A stretch of DNA of 64,000 bases. Origin: Sandaracinaceae bacterium (lineage in GTDB: Bacteria; Myxococcota_A; Polyangia; Polyangiales; Sandaracinaceae). The position numbers were made by a program, and so were the translations under genes. The notes beneath the pieces were generated by a model. It was not told where the DNA came from. It made no database searches and saw only the letters and a program-made list of their open reading frames with translations. Shown in pieces: positions 49,213-59,147 of the stretch. The DNA is taken from NCBI GenBank assembly GCA_044220955.1, contig JBGAQA010000003.1:25294-89293 (forward strand), given 5' to 3'. Numbering within the stretch: the stretch's first letter is position 1; each line of letters opens with the position of its first letter.

Positions 49213-50553
49213 CTACGCAGGCGTCGCGCTGGCCATCTGCGCCTGGGCCTGCGCGGCGGCCATCATCACCTCGTCGGTGAGCATCCCGCGGCGTGCGAGC
49301 ACCGGGATCAGGAAGTTCGAGACCTCCTGGAACGAGTTCACCTCGGGGTCGAGGAACTTGCCGATGCCCTCGGCCGTCACGACACCGACCATCATCATGG
49401 TCATCTCGGTGCGCGGCCGCACTCCGTGCTTGCGGCCCACGTCGAAGATCTTCTGGATGAGCCCGCCGAGCTCGAGCTGCGCCGCGTTGAGCGAGCGCCA
49501 CTCGGCGCTGAACGCGCGTACGTCCTCCTCGAGCTCGTCCCAGTCCACCGTGCCCGCCATGTAGCTGTGGTAGGCGCGGATGTGCCGCATGTAGTCCTCG
49601 ACCGAGCCCATGACGAGGCAGCGGTTGAAGTCGATGTAGTAGACGAGCGACTCCTCGCTGAGCTGCTTGGTGAGCCCGACGTCGTAGATGGCGATCGTGC
49701 CGTCGCTCTCGACGACGAAGTTCCCCGGGTGCAGGTCCGCGTGGAGGAAGCCGTCCTCGAAGCACATCTTGAGGAACGCTTCGCGCAGGCGCCCCGGCAG
49801 ATCCGGGAAGCGCTGCTTGTGCTCCGGGACGATCTTCTCGCCGCGCAGGAACTCCATCGTCATCACGCGCTCGCCCGAGAGCTCGGGGAACACCCTCGGG
49901 AAGCGCACCTTCTTCACGCGCCGGAAGTTCTTGCGGAAGACCTCGTAGTTGCGGGCCTCGATGCGCAGGTCCGTCTGCTCGAGGATGCCGGCGATGAAGT
50001 GCTCGAGGTGACCGACGAGCTCGGCGTGCGCGGCGCGCTCGTCGAGCTTCATCATCAGGCCCGCGTAGAACAGCAGGATCTGCCCGTCGCCCTCGGCGCG
50101 CGCGCGCACGTCCGGGCGCAGCACCTTCACGGCGACCTCGGCTCCGTCGAGCAAGGTCGCGTGGTGCACCTGCGCCACGGATGCCGCCGCCACGGGCGTC
50201 TCGTCGAAGGTCGCGAACATCTCCTCGATCGGCCGTCCGAGCTCCTTCTCGACGACCGCGCGGGCGTTCGGGAACGCCGGCAGCCTGTCCTGGAGCATCT
50301 TGAGCTCGGTGATCATCTCCGCCGGGAAGAGGTCCGGGCGCGTGCTCATCACCTGGCCGAGCTTGATGAACGTGGCGCCGAGCGTCTCCATCGCCCAGCG
50401 CAGCACGCGTCCGCGCAAGCGCGCCACGCGGCGCTTCTCGTGCTCCTCGGAGTCGCCCACGATCGTGAAGCGCGCAGCGACGTACCAGATCGCAGCCGAC
50501 AGACCGACGAGGGTGATGACGAGGCTGCGAAGAACGAACGCGGAACGTCGCAT
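49213..50553 (-). CDS. ABC1/UbiB (AarF) atypical kinase
   Basis: LGATFIKLGQVMSTRPD, AAASVAQVH, VAVKVLRP, HADLHPGN, YDVG. Confidence 0.93.
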   Translation of the reverse strand: MRRSAFVLRSLVITLVGLSAAIWYVAARFTIVGDSEEHEKRRVARLRGRVLRWAMETLGATFIKLGQVMSTRPDLFPAEMITELKMLQDRLPAFPNARAVVEKELGRPIEEMFATFDETPVAAASVAQVHHATLLDGAEVAVKVLRPDVRARAEGDGQILLFYAGLMMKLDERAAHAELVGHLEHFIAGILEQTDLRIEARNYEVFRKNFRRVKKVRFPRVFPELSGERVMTMEFLRGEKIVPEHKQRFPDLPGRLREAFLKMCFEDGFLHADLHPGNFVVESDGTIAIYDVGLTKQLSEESLVYYIDFNRCLVMGSVEDYMRHIRAYHSYMAGTVDWDELEEDVRAFSAEWRSLNAAQLELGGLIQKIFDVGRKHGVRPRTEMTMMMVGVVTAEGIGKFLDPEVNSFQEVSNFLIPVLARRGMLTDEVMMAAAQAQAQMASATPA

Positions 50554-50594
50554 CGCGCGCGGTCTCTAGCAGGTCGCGCTAAGGTGGCCCGCCC

Positions 50595-51260
50595 ATGACC
50601 GAGATTCGCCCGCTGAGCCGCGCCTATCCCGCGCGAAATGGTGTCCCCGTGCTCGCGCGCGTCGACACGCTCGTGTTCGCGCGGCGCTACTTCACCGCGT
50701 GCCTCGACTGCACGTACTGCGACGACTGGTGCTGCTCGTTCGGCGTGGACGTGGACCTCGAGAACGTCGGGCGTCTGCACGAGCACGCCGACGCCATCGA
50801 GGCGTTCACCGGCATCCCGCGCGCCGAGTGGCTCGACGGCGTGCTCGTGCCCGACGCCGACTACCCCGGCGGCGGCAACCAGCGCACGCGCGCGGTCGAG
50901 GGCGGCTGCGTCTTCCTCGACCGAGGCCGGTGGGGCGGGCGCGGCTGCATGCTGCACCGCTACGCGATCGCGAAGGGGATCGACTACCACCAGGTGAAGC
51001 CGCTCATGTCGAGCCTCTTCCCGCTCTCGTTCGAGGCCAGCGACGACGGCGCCCCCGGCTGCACGCTGCGCGCGGCGGGCGAGGTCGAGGACCAGGAGCT
51101 CGTCTGTCTCGACGAAGGGCCGACGATCTACCGCGGCGCGCGGAGCGAGCTCTTGCACTACTTCGGCGCGGAGCTGGTCGCCGAGCTCGACGCGATGGAG
51201 GCGAGCCTGCCGGAGGCGATCACGCCGCCCGCGAAGCCGCGCCTGCCCGTCGCGCGCTGA
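50595..51260 (+). CDS. Cys-cluster protein (DUF3109/YkgJ-like)
   Basis: CLDCTYCDDWCCSFG, GCVFLD, GCMLH, KPLMSSLFP. Confidence 0.65.
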   Translation: MTEIRPLSRAYPARNGVPVLARVDTLVFARRYFTACLDCTYCDDWCCSFGVDVDLENVGRLHEHADAIEAFTGIPRAEWLDGVLVPDADYPGGGNQRTRAVEGGCVFLDRGRWGGRGCMLHRYAIAKGIDYHQVKPLMSSLFPLSFEASDDGAPGCTLRAAGEVEDQELVCLDEGPTIYRGARSELLHYFGAELVAELDAMEASLPEAITPPAKPRLPVAR

Positions 51261-51364
51261 CGACCCGTCCCACGGCCCCGGGTGGCGCTCCGGGCAAGGG
51301 TTGCGTGACAGCCGGGCCCGAGGGGGTGCACCATGGACGGTCGACGGCTCGCGGGGAGGTTCTC

Positions 51365-52462
51365 ATGCGCTCTTGCCTCTGGCTCGCTTCGGCGCTCGCG
51401 CTGCACCTGGTGCCGGCGTGCAGCTGCGATGTTCCACGAACCCGGCCTCGTGACACCGGGACCCGCGACGGTGGCGCGGGCAGCGACAGCACCACCCCCA
51501 CGATGGACACCGGGACCGGGACCGGAGCCGACGCCTGGCGCGGGGACGGCGGCTTCACCGGGTGCGAGGGCCTCGACTTCGACGCGCAGGAGGGCACGAG
51601 ACCCCTCGACATCGTCTGGGTCATCGACAACTCGGGCTCGATGGACCAGGAGGCGGCGCTCGTCCAGACCGGCATGAACGGCTTCGCGAGCCGCATCGGC
51701 AGCTCCGGCATCGCCGACTACCACGTCGTCGTGATGACCCAGACGGGCTGGGTCACGGTGCCCCCGCCGCTCGGCACGGATCCGGCCCACTTCCTCTTCG
51801 TGAACCAGGACGTCCAGTCGCACGACGCGTTCCAGCGCGCCATCGAGCGCCTCCCGGACTTCCGCTCGTTCCTGCGCCCCGACGCGACGATGCACTTCGT
51901 GTTCGTCACCGACGACGAGAGCAACATGCGCGCGTCGGCGTTCCTCGCGGAGATGCAGACGACGCTCGGCCGCGAATTCGTCGCGCACGTCATCGTCTCT
52001 CCACCGGGCTCGACGCACCGCGAGGTGTTCATCACCGTGCCGGGGTGCGACGGGCCCTACGGGCAGGGCGCCGCGAACGGGCAGCAGTACTGGGACATCG
52101 CGGCCGCCACCACGGGCCTGCAGCTCAACATCTGCTCGGCCGACTGGAACGCCGTGTTCGACGCGCTGCTCACGGCGGTCGCGGTGCCGATGCCGATCCC
52201 TTGCGCGTTCGCGATCCCCGAACCACCCGCGGGCATGACGTTCGATCGCGATCGCGTGAACGTCCTCTACACGCCGGGCGGTGGCAGCGCGGCGGAGACG
52301 ATCCCACGCGCCAGCGACTGCAGCGGAGGCGCCGGATGGGTCTACGACGACCCGGCGGCGCCCACGCAGATCCTGCTCTGCCCCAGCGATTGCTCGCGCG
52401 TCGAGAGCGACGACACAGGCCACGTGCAGATCCAGCTCGGCTGCGAGACCGTCGTCATCTGA
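51365..52462 (+). CDS. Myxobacterial vWA-domain lipoprotein with Cys-containing C-terminal module
   Basis: Signal ending VPAC; DIVWVIDNSGSM, FVFVTDDES; CAFAIPEPP...GWVYDDP...ILLCPSDC. Confidence 0.8.
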   Translation: MRSCLWLASALALHLVPACSCDVPRTRPRDTGTRDGGAGSDSTTPTMDTGTGTGADAWRGDGGFTGCEGLDFDAQEGTRPLDIVWVIDNSGSMDQEAALVQTGMNGFASRIGSSGIADYHVVVMTQTGWVTVPPPLGTDPAHFLFVNQDVQSHDAFQRAIERLPDFRSFLRPDATMHFVFVTDDESNMRASAFLAEMQTTLGREFVAHVIVSPPGSTHREVFITVPGCDGPYGQGAANGQQYWDIAAATTGLQLNICSADWNAVFDALLTAVAVPMPIPCAFAIPEPPAGMTFDRDRVNVLYTPGGGSAAETIPRASDCSGGAGWVYDDPAAPTQILLCPSDCSRVESDDTGHVQIQLGCETVVI

Positions 52463-52492
52463 CGTCGGCCCGTCGGCCCCGACGCGGTCGAG

Positions 52493-53473
52493 CTACGCCA
52501 GCGCGAGGGCGACGTACGACGCCGCGAACGCGGTGAGCGGCACGGAGAAATTGTCGTCGATCCGGCGCGAGAAGAGCTCGGCGACCGATCCGGCCAGGGC
52601 CCCGACGCTCGCGGAGACGAACGTCGCGGGGAGCCCCAGCTCGGGGTGGGCGAGCCCGACGAACGCCGCGCTCGCCGCGGCCCCGGTCACGACGAACGCG
52701 AGCGTGCCCTCGAGCGAGCGGCCGTTCACGATGCGCACGCGGCCGTAGCGGCGACCGATGATCGCCGCGCACGGGTCGCCGACGCCGAGCACGACGAGCG
52801 CGATCGCCGCGGGCACGGCCTGCTGGCAGATCGCCATCAGCAGCACCGCGACCGCGTACCAGGTCGCCGAGTTCACCCGGTGCGCCTCGTGCGGGTGGGC
52901 GGTGCGGCCGAAGACCCACATGCAGAGCTCGTTCACCCGCGAGCTGATGCGGCGGCCGATCTCCAGCGAGATCCCGACACCGGCGAACGCCGAGGCGATC
53001 CCGATCGCGACCGACCAGCTCGGCGAGAGCTCCAGCGTGACGAGCGCGAAGAGCGCGCTCGCGACGTGCAGGACGTTCCGGGCGTAGTTCGTCGGGCGCA
53101 GGCTGGGGACGTGGATGTCCTCGCGCGAGAGAGCGCGCGCGAGCGACTCGTACGTGGGCTGCACGCGCTGGCGTAGCGCGAGCCACTCGCCCCTCGCGTC
53201 GCGCGGCGGAGCGTCCTTGGCGGGCGTGTGCGCGTCGAGCAGAGCGTCGAGCGTCTCCATCTCGGTCTGGAGCGTCGCGGGCGCCTCGACCTTGAGAGAG
53301 GAGACCTTCGTGTGGACGGCGTCCAGGCGCGTGCGCATCGACGCGAGCGAGTCGCGCTTCAGCCGGCCGCGATCGAGCTCGGCGAAGAGCTCGTAGAGCT
53401 CCACTGCAACGTCACGACTCGCCTCCGCGACGGCGTTCACGGGCCCCGAGAGAACGACGGAATCGGCTCTCAC
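52493..53473 (-). CDS. CTP-dependent polyprenol/diacylglycerol kinase family (phytol/dolichol-kinase-like) with N-terminal helical extension
   Basis: ARNVLH, GDPCAAIIGRRYG, GRSLEGT, IDDNFSVP; multiple TM segments; start uncertain. Confidence 0.78.
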   Translation of the reverse strand: MRADSVVLSGPVNAVAEASRDVAVELYELFAELDRGRLKRDSLASMRTRLDAVHTKVSSLKVEAPATLQTEMETLDALLDAHTPAKDAPPRDARGEWLALRQRVQPTYESLARALSREDIHVPSLRPTNYARNVLHVASALFALVTLELSPSWSVAIGIASAFAGVGISLEIGRRISSRVNELCMWVFGRTAHPHEAHRVNSATWYAVAVLLMAICQQAVPAAIALVVLGVGDPCAAIIGRRYGRVRIVNGRSLEGTLAFVVTGAAASAAFVGLAHPELGLPATFVSASVGALAGSVAELFSRRIDDNFSVPLTAFAASYVALALA

Positions 53474-53520
53474 GCAAGCCAGAACGCTGCGTTTCCGCCC
53501 GGCATTCGGTCACGCTTCGG

Positions 53521-55164
53521 TCACGGGCCGGGCGGGCGGCCGTCCACGAACACGCCGACCGCGTCCACGCACACCAGAGAGTTCCGGGACGGGTTCTTCA
53601 CCCGGACGTAGCGGAAGGCGTGCACGTCGAACTGGTCCACGTCGATCGGCGTCACGCCCACGATGTCCGAGCCGATCGTCGTGAACGCCTCCGAGTGGCG
53701 ATCCATCTCCACGTCCACGCGGTACGAGCCGCTGCTCTCGCGGACCACGACCTCGATGTCGGGAGCCGGCGTGCCCGCCGTGGCGGTCGGCGTTCCCGGG
53801 GTCAGCTCGAGCAGGAGCTTGCCCATCGGGCGCAGCACTGCACAGCGGCCGTCGGGCGGCCCGAGGGCGAGCGACTCGCTGTCCGCGCTCTGCGACGCCG
53901 TGAGGACGCGTAGCCACTCGATGCGGGGCCCGGCGTCGCTTCCAGCATCGTGCGGGGCGCTTCCCGCATCCGCAGGCACGACGCTCGGCAGCAGCGAGGG
54001 CCGATGTCCCCCGAACGCGAGCGTCGTCAGCACGGCGCCGACCGCGGTCATCGCGAGAGCGCCGATCGCGTAGAGCACCCAGCGTCCGGTCGAGGTCGGT
54101 AGCCGCGGCTCGCCGCTCGCGCCCGCCGCGCCCGTGCGCGGCGTCCTCGCCCGCACGGTCGGCGCATCCCCCGTCACCGGCGCTCGCTCGCCCGATCCGG
54201 TGATGGGAAAGCTCGTGCGCACCGTGCCGGTCAGCTCCTCGACGAACCGGAGCACGGTCGGGGTGCGGTCCGCCGGCTCCTTCTCGAGGGCTCGCAGGAT
54301 CGCCGCGCGCTTCTCGACCGACAGGGAGCGTGTCGCCGCGAAATCCTCGAAGGAACGCGGTGTCTTGGTGAGGTGCGCCGTCGCCCACTCGAGGGGCGTG
54401 GAGCAACCGGCGAAGGGTCGCGCGCCGGTGAGCATCTCGTAGGTCATCAGGCCGAGCGCGTAGACGTCGCTCCGCTCGTCCACGTCCTTGCCGGACAGCT
54501 GCTCCGGGCTCATGTACGCCGGCGTCCCGACGATCGTGCCGGCGGCCGTGATGTTGTCTCCCTCGCCCGAGCGCTCGCTCTTGGCGATGCCGAAGTCGAG
54601 CACCTTCGCGTGCTCGCCCTCCTCGCCCTGGCTGGCGAGCAGGACGTTGTCGGGCTTCAGGTCCCTGTGGACGATGCCGCGCCGGTTGGCCTCCGCGAGC
54701 GCACCGCCGATCTCGACGACCAGGCGATCGACGAGCGCCGGAGGCATCGGACCTTCGGAGATCGCCTTCGCGAGCGAGCGTCCGTCGACGAGCTCCATGG
54801 CGATGTAGAGCCGCCCGTCGGGGAGCGAGCCGAAGTCGTAGAAGCGGATCGTGTTGGGGTGCGTGAGCGAGACGACGATCTCGCACTCGCGGTGGAAGCG
54901 GGCGACGGCCTTGGTGTCGGTCGGGCTGGTCGTGAGCACCTTGATGGCGACGGCGCGGCTCGTCGTGCCCATCTGCTGCTCGCCGCGGTAGACGCGCCCC
55001 ATCCCGCCCTCGCCGAGGACGGACAGGACGCGGAACCGGCCGGCGATCACCGTGCCGAGGAGGGGATCTCTCTCGCGCGGCACGACCAGCGCTGCCCCGC
55101 ACTTCGCGCAGAAGCGCGCTTCGACGCCGTTCTCGGTCTGGCACTGGTCACAGCGGAGCCCCAT
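53521..55164 (-). CDS. Hanks-type Ser/Thr protein kinase with N-terminal zinc ribbon, TM segment and external C-domain
   Basis: CDQC...FCAKCG; LGEGGMGRVY, VAIK, HRDLKPDN, DFG, GTPAYMSPE. Confidence 0.95.
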   Translation of the reverse strand: MGLRCDQCQTENGVEARFCAKCGAALVVPRERDPLLGTVIAGRFRVLSVLGEGGMGRVYRGEQQMGTTSRAVAIKVLTTSPTDTKAVARFHRECEIVVSLTHPNTIRFYDFGSLPDGRLYIAMELVDGRSLAKAISEGPMPPALVDRLVVEIGGALAEANRRGIVHRDLKPDNVLLASQGEEGEHAKVLDFGIAKSERSGEGDNITAAGTIVGTPAYMSPEQLSGKDVDERSDVYALGLMTYEMLTGARPFAGCSTPLEWATAHLTKTPRSFEDFAATRSLSVEKRAAILRALEKEPADRTPTVLRFVEELTGTVRTSFPITGSGERAPVTGDAPTVRARTPRTGAAGASGEPRLPTSTGRWVLYAIGALAMTAVGAVLTTLAFGGHRPSLLPSVVPADAGSAPHDAGSDAGPRIEWLRVLTASQSADSESLALGPPDGRCAVLRPMGKLLLELTPGTPTATAGTPAPDIEVVVRESSGSYRVDVEMDRHSEAFTTIGSDIVGVTPIDVDQFDVHAFRYVRVKNPSRNSLVCVDAVGVFVDGRPPGP

Positions 55165-55228
55165 GCGCGCGGGCGCAGGGTAGTACAACCGGCAGGCTTC
55201 CGTTCAGCCCCACGCAGCCGCCGCCTCG

Positions 55229-55975
55229 TCACGAGCGCGGGGGCTCGAGCGCGATCTGGGCGGTGAACGTTCGCAGGGGCCTCGCGCTCAGCTGCTCGAA
55301 GTATGGCTCGCCCTCGCGGGGCGTGGCGTCGCGCACCTCGAGGCGGCTGGCGCCGAAGTCGAGGTCGAGCGTGGGATCGCCGTCGCGACCCGACGTGCTC
55401 GAGTCGGTGCCGCGCGTCACGCGCCCCTCGACGACATCACAGGGCGCGTAGCCGGCCTGCTGGGCGTCGTCCGGATAGATGAGGGTCTCGCCACAGGTCA
55501 CGCGGACCAGGCAGTTGTAGCCGGTGCCGCCGACCGGCAGGACGCGCACCCAGCACTCGCTGCCGGCGTGGAGGTCGGCGAGGCCTTCGACGGCGGTCAC
55601 GTGGCCGCGCGCCCAGGTCTCCTGGAACGGCGCGGCGCCCGTGCCCGCGTCACCTCCCCGGAAGGAGCGCCGGGAGGCCTCCCGCTGGGGATCGTCGGCG
55701 GAGTCGCTCGCGTGCACCGCGTCCGGCCCGAGCGAGAAGCTCGTGCCTCCGTCGGGGCCGGGGCTGACGCCGCCATCGCGCGCGCGCCCCAGAGCTCGGT
55801 CGACGGTCCCCCGCTCGGCCACGAGCCGCGCGAGCTCGCCGGGACCTCCTCGCTGTAGGAAACGCGCGAACAAGATGGCCACGGCGAGGCTCGCGAGCAG
55901 CAGCGCCAGGGCCGCCAGCCCGACCGCCGGTCTCACTCGCTCGCGCTCTCGATCCGGCTCGCTCAACGCCCTCAC
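55229..55975 (-). CDS. Membrane-anchored hypothetical protein with Cys-containing C-domain
   Basis: N-terminal TM; C..RV...NCLVRVTCG..IYP...GYAPC; start uncertain. Confidence 0.6.
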   Translation of the reverse strand: MRALSEPDRERERVRPAVGLAALALLLASLAVAILFARFLQRGGPGELARLVAERGTVDRALGRARDGGVSPGPDGGTSFSLGPDAVHASDSADDPQREASRRSFRGGDAGTGAAPFQETWARGHVTAVEGLADLHAGSECWVRVLPVGGTGYNCLVRVTCGETLIYPDDAQQAGYAPCDVVEGRVTRGTDSSTSGRDGDPTLDLDFGASRLEVRDATPREGEPYFEQLSARPLRTFTAQIALEPPRS

Positions 55976-56054
55976 TCGTCCTGTCGACGTCCCAGCCTAC
56001 GCTCCGATCTCGACACTTGCTGCCCTCGTTTCGTTCCCTCTAACCTTCCGGGCG

Positions 56055-57173
56055 GTGCACGCGCGCTGGATCCCCTGGTTCCTGGCGCTCTCGAGCGCGT
56101 GCGGCGCGGCGCAGCACCCGGAGGCGACGATGCTCGAGGACTGGCCCACGGAGGCGCGTGTCCGCCTCGAGGGCGTGATCGAGGGCCACGGGCGGGGCGC
56201 ACGCCACTTCGACGCGGCGCGTCCTCCCGTCGCGGTCTTCGACTGGGACAACACGTTGGCGCGCGGCGACGTGGGCGACCTCGCCTTCGCCTACATGCTC
56301 GACCACGACCGGGTCCGCTGGCCCGAGGGGGGACTGGGCGCGTGGGGAGCGCTCAGCGCCGAGGCCCGAGCCCGCATCGAGGAGGCCTGTCCGCGGGGCC
56401 TGGCGGCCGGCGACGTCCTGCCGACGAGCGGTGAGTCGCCCTGCGGCGTCGCCCTCGCGCAGATCGCGATCGGTGATGCGGTCGATGGCGCTCCCGCGTT
56501 CGATCCCGCGATCGGGCCCCAGTATCGCGGAAGCTACGGGATGATGGCGCGGGTCTTCGCGGGAATGACCGCGGCGGAGGCCACGCAGGTCGGCGAGGCG
56601 GCCATCACGCGCGGCCTCGCGCAGCCCGTCGGCGCGCGTCGCTCGATCGGTGGGGCCGAGCTCGACGACTTCCTGCGCATCCAGGAGCCGGTGCGCGCGC
56701 TCTGGGATCGCCTGCGCCAGGCGGGCTTCGACGTCTGGATCGTCTCCGCGTCGTTCGAGCCGATCGTCCAGGCGTTCGCCGCGCGCGCGGGCCTCGACCC
56801 GTCGCACGTCATCGGCGCTCGCCTCGAGGTCGGAGCGGACGGACGCTACCTCGCGCGTCACCCCTACGAGGACGCGATCGGCCCCTTGCTGACGTTCGAC
56901 GAGGGCAAGCGCTTCTGGATCCGGCACGCGATCTTCGGCATGAGCGTCGAGGACGCGATCGGGCCCATCGCCGACGAAGATCCGCGACCGGTCCTGGCGG
57001 CGGGCGACTCGGACACCGACTTCGCGATGCTCGAGAGCGCGAGCGCGCTGCGCGTGCTCTTCGACCGCGGCGCGCCGCGCGTGACGTGTCTCGCGCGCGT
57101 GGAGCCGGACCTCTTCGTCGTGGTGCCAGAGTTCGTCGATCCGGTCCCGCACGCTCCGGTCGAGTGTCCTTGA
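56055..57173 (+). CDS. HAD-family phosphatase-like lipoprotein
   Basis: Lipobox LSSAC; FDWDNT, IVSAS, GK, AGDSDTD. Confidence 0.85.
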   Translation: MHARWIPWFLALSSACGAAQHPEATMLEDWPTEARVRLEGVIEGHGRGARHFDAARPPVAVFDWDNTLARGDVGDLAFAYMLDHDRVRWPEGGLGAWGALSAEARARIEEACPRGLAAGDVLPTSGESPCGVALAQIAIGDAVDGAPAFDPAIGPQYRGSYGMMARVFAGMTAAEATQVGEAAITRGLAQPVGARRSIGGAELDDFLRIQEPVRALWDRLRQAGFDVWIVSASFEPIVQAFAARAGLDPSHVIGARLEVGADGRYLARHPYEDAIGPLLTFDEGKRFWIRHAIFGMSVEDAIGPIADEDPRPVLAAGDSDTDFAMLESASALRVLFDRGAPRVTCLARVEPDLFVVVPEFVDPVPHAPVECP

Positions 57174-57195
57174 GCGCGTGTTAAGGTCCGGCGCC

Positions 57196-57720
57196 ATGGA
57201 CAACGCACTCGACGCGGCGGCGCGCTGGCTCGGGATCCTCTCCAGCGGCTTGCTCGTCGGCGGTGAGGACGAGGCGAGCGCGAAGCTGCTGCAGCGTGTC
57301 CTCGGCGCCCACGCGCTGAGCGGCCTGCGCGAGTGGTTCTCGAGCGCCGACCCGGCTCTCACGCGGGAGGCGCGCATCGCGGCGGTCGAGGCGTGCATCG
57401 CCATCGTGCGCGCCGACCGCAGCGTCGGGGACGCGGAGCGCGAGGCCGTCGAGGCGATCATCCTGCGGAGCGAGCTCGACGAGGCGACGCAAGAGGCGCT
57501 GCGCGTGCACATCGACCAGGACGTGTCGCTCGACGGGATCGCCGCGCGCCTCTCGCAGCCGGCGCTCGCCGAGGCGCTGCTCGTGCTCGCGTGGCAGCTG
57601 GCGCGCGCCGATGGCCGTGTCCAGGACGAGGAGGCCGGAGTCTACGGCGTGCTCGCCGACAAGCTCGGCGTCTCGCCGACGCGCGCGAGCGCGCTGCGGG
57701 CGATCCTGTCGACGCCATGA
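57196..57720 (+). CDS. TerB-like helical protein
   Basis: [14 protein letters not shown] and [13 protein letters not shown]...LADKLGVS. Confidence 0.75.
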   Translation: MDNALDAAARWLGILSSGLLVGGEDEASAKLLQRVLGAHALSGLREWFSSADPALTREARIAAVEACIAIVRADRSVGDAEREAVEAIILRSELDEATQEALRVHIDQDVSLDGIAARLSQPALAEALLVLAWQLARADGRVQDEEAGVYGVLADKLGVSPTRASALRAILSTP

Positions 57721-59147
57721 CGCGCGACAGCACGGCTCCGGGCGAGCAGAGCTTCGATCTGGTCATCGTCGGCTCGGGACCGGCGGGCGAGGGTGCGGCG
57801 ATGAAGGCCGCCAAGGACGGCGCTTCGGTCGCCGTGATCGAGCGCGCGCGCGAGGTCGGTGGCGGCTGCGTCCACTGGGCGACCATCCCCAGCAAGGCAC
57901 TGCGCCACTCGGTCGGCCAGTTCCTCGACCTGAAGAAGAGCCCGCTCTTCGCCGCGCTCGCCGCGCAGGTGAAGCCCGGCTTTCCGCAGCTCTTGCGTGC
58001 GGCGGAGGGCGTGATCGGCAAGCAGGTCGCGATGCGCCGCGACTTCTACGAGCGCAACCACGTCGAGGTGATCCGCGGGCATGCGTCGTTCGCGGAGCAG
58101 GGCCTGCTCGAGGTGAAGACGACGTCCGGCCCGCGCCGCGTGCGCGGCAAGAACGTGCTCGTCGCCGTCGGCTCGCGTCCCTATCGGCCGACGCCGGAGC
58201 AGCTGCCGGGGATCGACTTCACGCACCCGCGCATCCTCGACAGCGACACGGTGCTCAGGCTCGATCACACGCCCGACTCGATCACGATCTACGGGGCCGG
58301 CGTGGTCGGCTGCGAGTATGCGTCGATCTTCCGCAACCTCGGCGTGAAGGTGAACCTCGTCAACGGGCGCGACAAGCTGCTCTCGTTCCTCGACGACGAG
58401 ATCATCGACGCGCTCGCGTACCACCTCCGCGACCAGGGCGTGGTCATCCGGCACAACGAGGAGGCCGAGCGCGTCGAGGTGAAGGACGACCTGGTCGTGC
58501 TCCACCTCAGGAGCGGCAAGAAGATCGGTAGCGAGACGCTGCTCTGGGCCCAGGGACGGAGCGGCAACACGCACGACCTCGGCCTACCGAACGTCGGGCT
58601 CGCCGCCGACGCGCGCGGCCTGCTCGCCGTGGACGCGAGCTTCCGCACGAAGGTGGCGGGCGTCTTCGCCGCGGGCGACGTGATCGGCTACCCGAGCCTC
58701 GCGTCGGCGAGCTACGACCAGGGACGCCTCGCGGCGGCGGCCGCGCTCCACGGCCGCGCCGACTGGCCGCTCGGCAAGCAGGTCCCGACGGGCATCTACA
58801 CCTCACCCGAGATCAGCAGCGTCGGACGCACCGAGCGCGAGCTCACCCTCGCGGGCGTGCCCTACGAGGTCGGTCACTCGCTCTTCCGCTCGCTCGCCCG
58901 CGCGCAGATCACCGGCAACACGGTGGGCATGCTCAAGCTCCTGTTCCACCGCGAGACGCGCGAGATCCTCGGCATCCACTGCTTCGGCGATCAGGCCGCC
59001 GAGATCGTGCACATCGGCCAGGCGATCATGGCGCAGCCGGGAGCGTCCAACACCGTGATGTACTTCGTGAACACGACCTTCAACTACCCGACGATGGCCG
59101 AGGCGTACCGCGTCGCGGCGCTCAACGGGATCAACAGGCTCGTATGA
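57717..59147 (+). CDS. sthA: Soluble pyridine nucleotide transhydrogenase
   Basis: [54 protein letters not shown]. Confidence 0.95.
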   Translation: MTRDSTAPGEQSFDLVIVGSGPAGEGAAMKAAKDGASVAVIERAREVGGGCVHWATIPSKALRHSVGQFLDLKKSPLFAALAAQVKPGFPQLLRAAEGVIGKQVAMRRDFYERNHVEVIRGHASFAEQGLLEVKTTSGPRRVRGKNVLVAVGSRPYRPTPEQLPGIDFTHPRILDSDTVLRLDHTPDSITIYGAGVVGCEYASIFRNLGVKVNLVNGRDKLLSFLDDEIIDALAYHLRDQGVVIRHNEEAERVEVKDDLVVLHLRSGKKIGSETLLWAQGRSGNTHDLGLPNVGLAADARGLLAVDASFRTKVAGVFAAGDVIGYPSLASASYDQGRLAAAAALHGRADWPLGKQVPTGIYTSPEISSVGRTERELTLAGVPYEVGHSLFRSLARAQITGNTVGMLKLLFHRETREILGIHCFGDQAAEIVHIGQAIMAQPGASNTVMYFVNTTFNYPTMAEAYRVAALNGINRLV

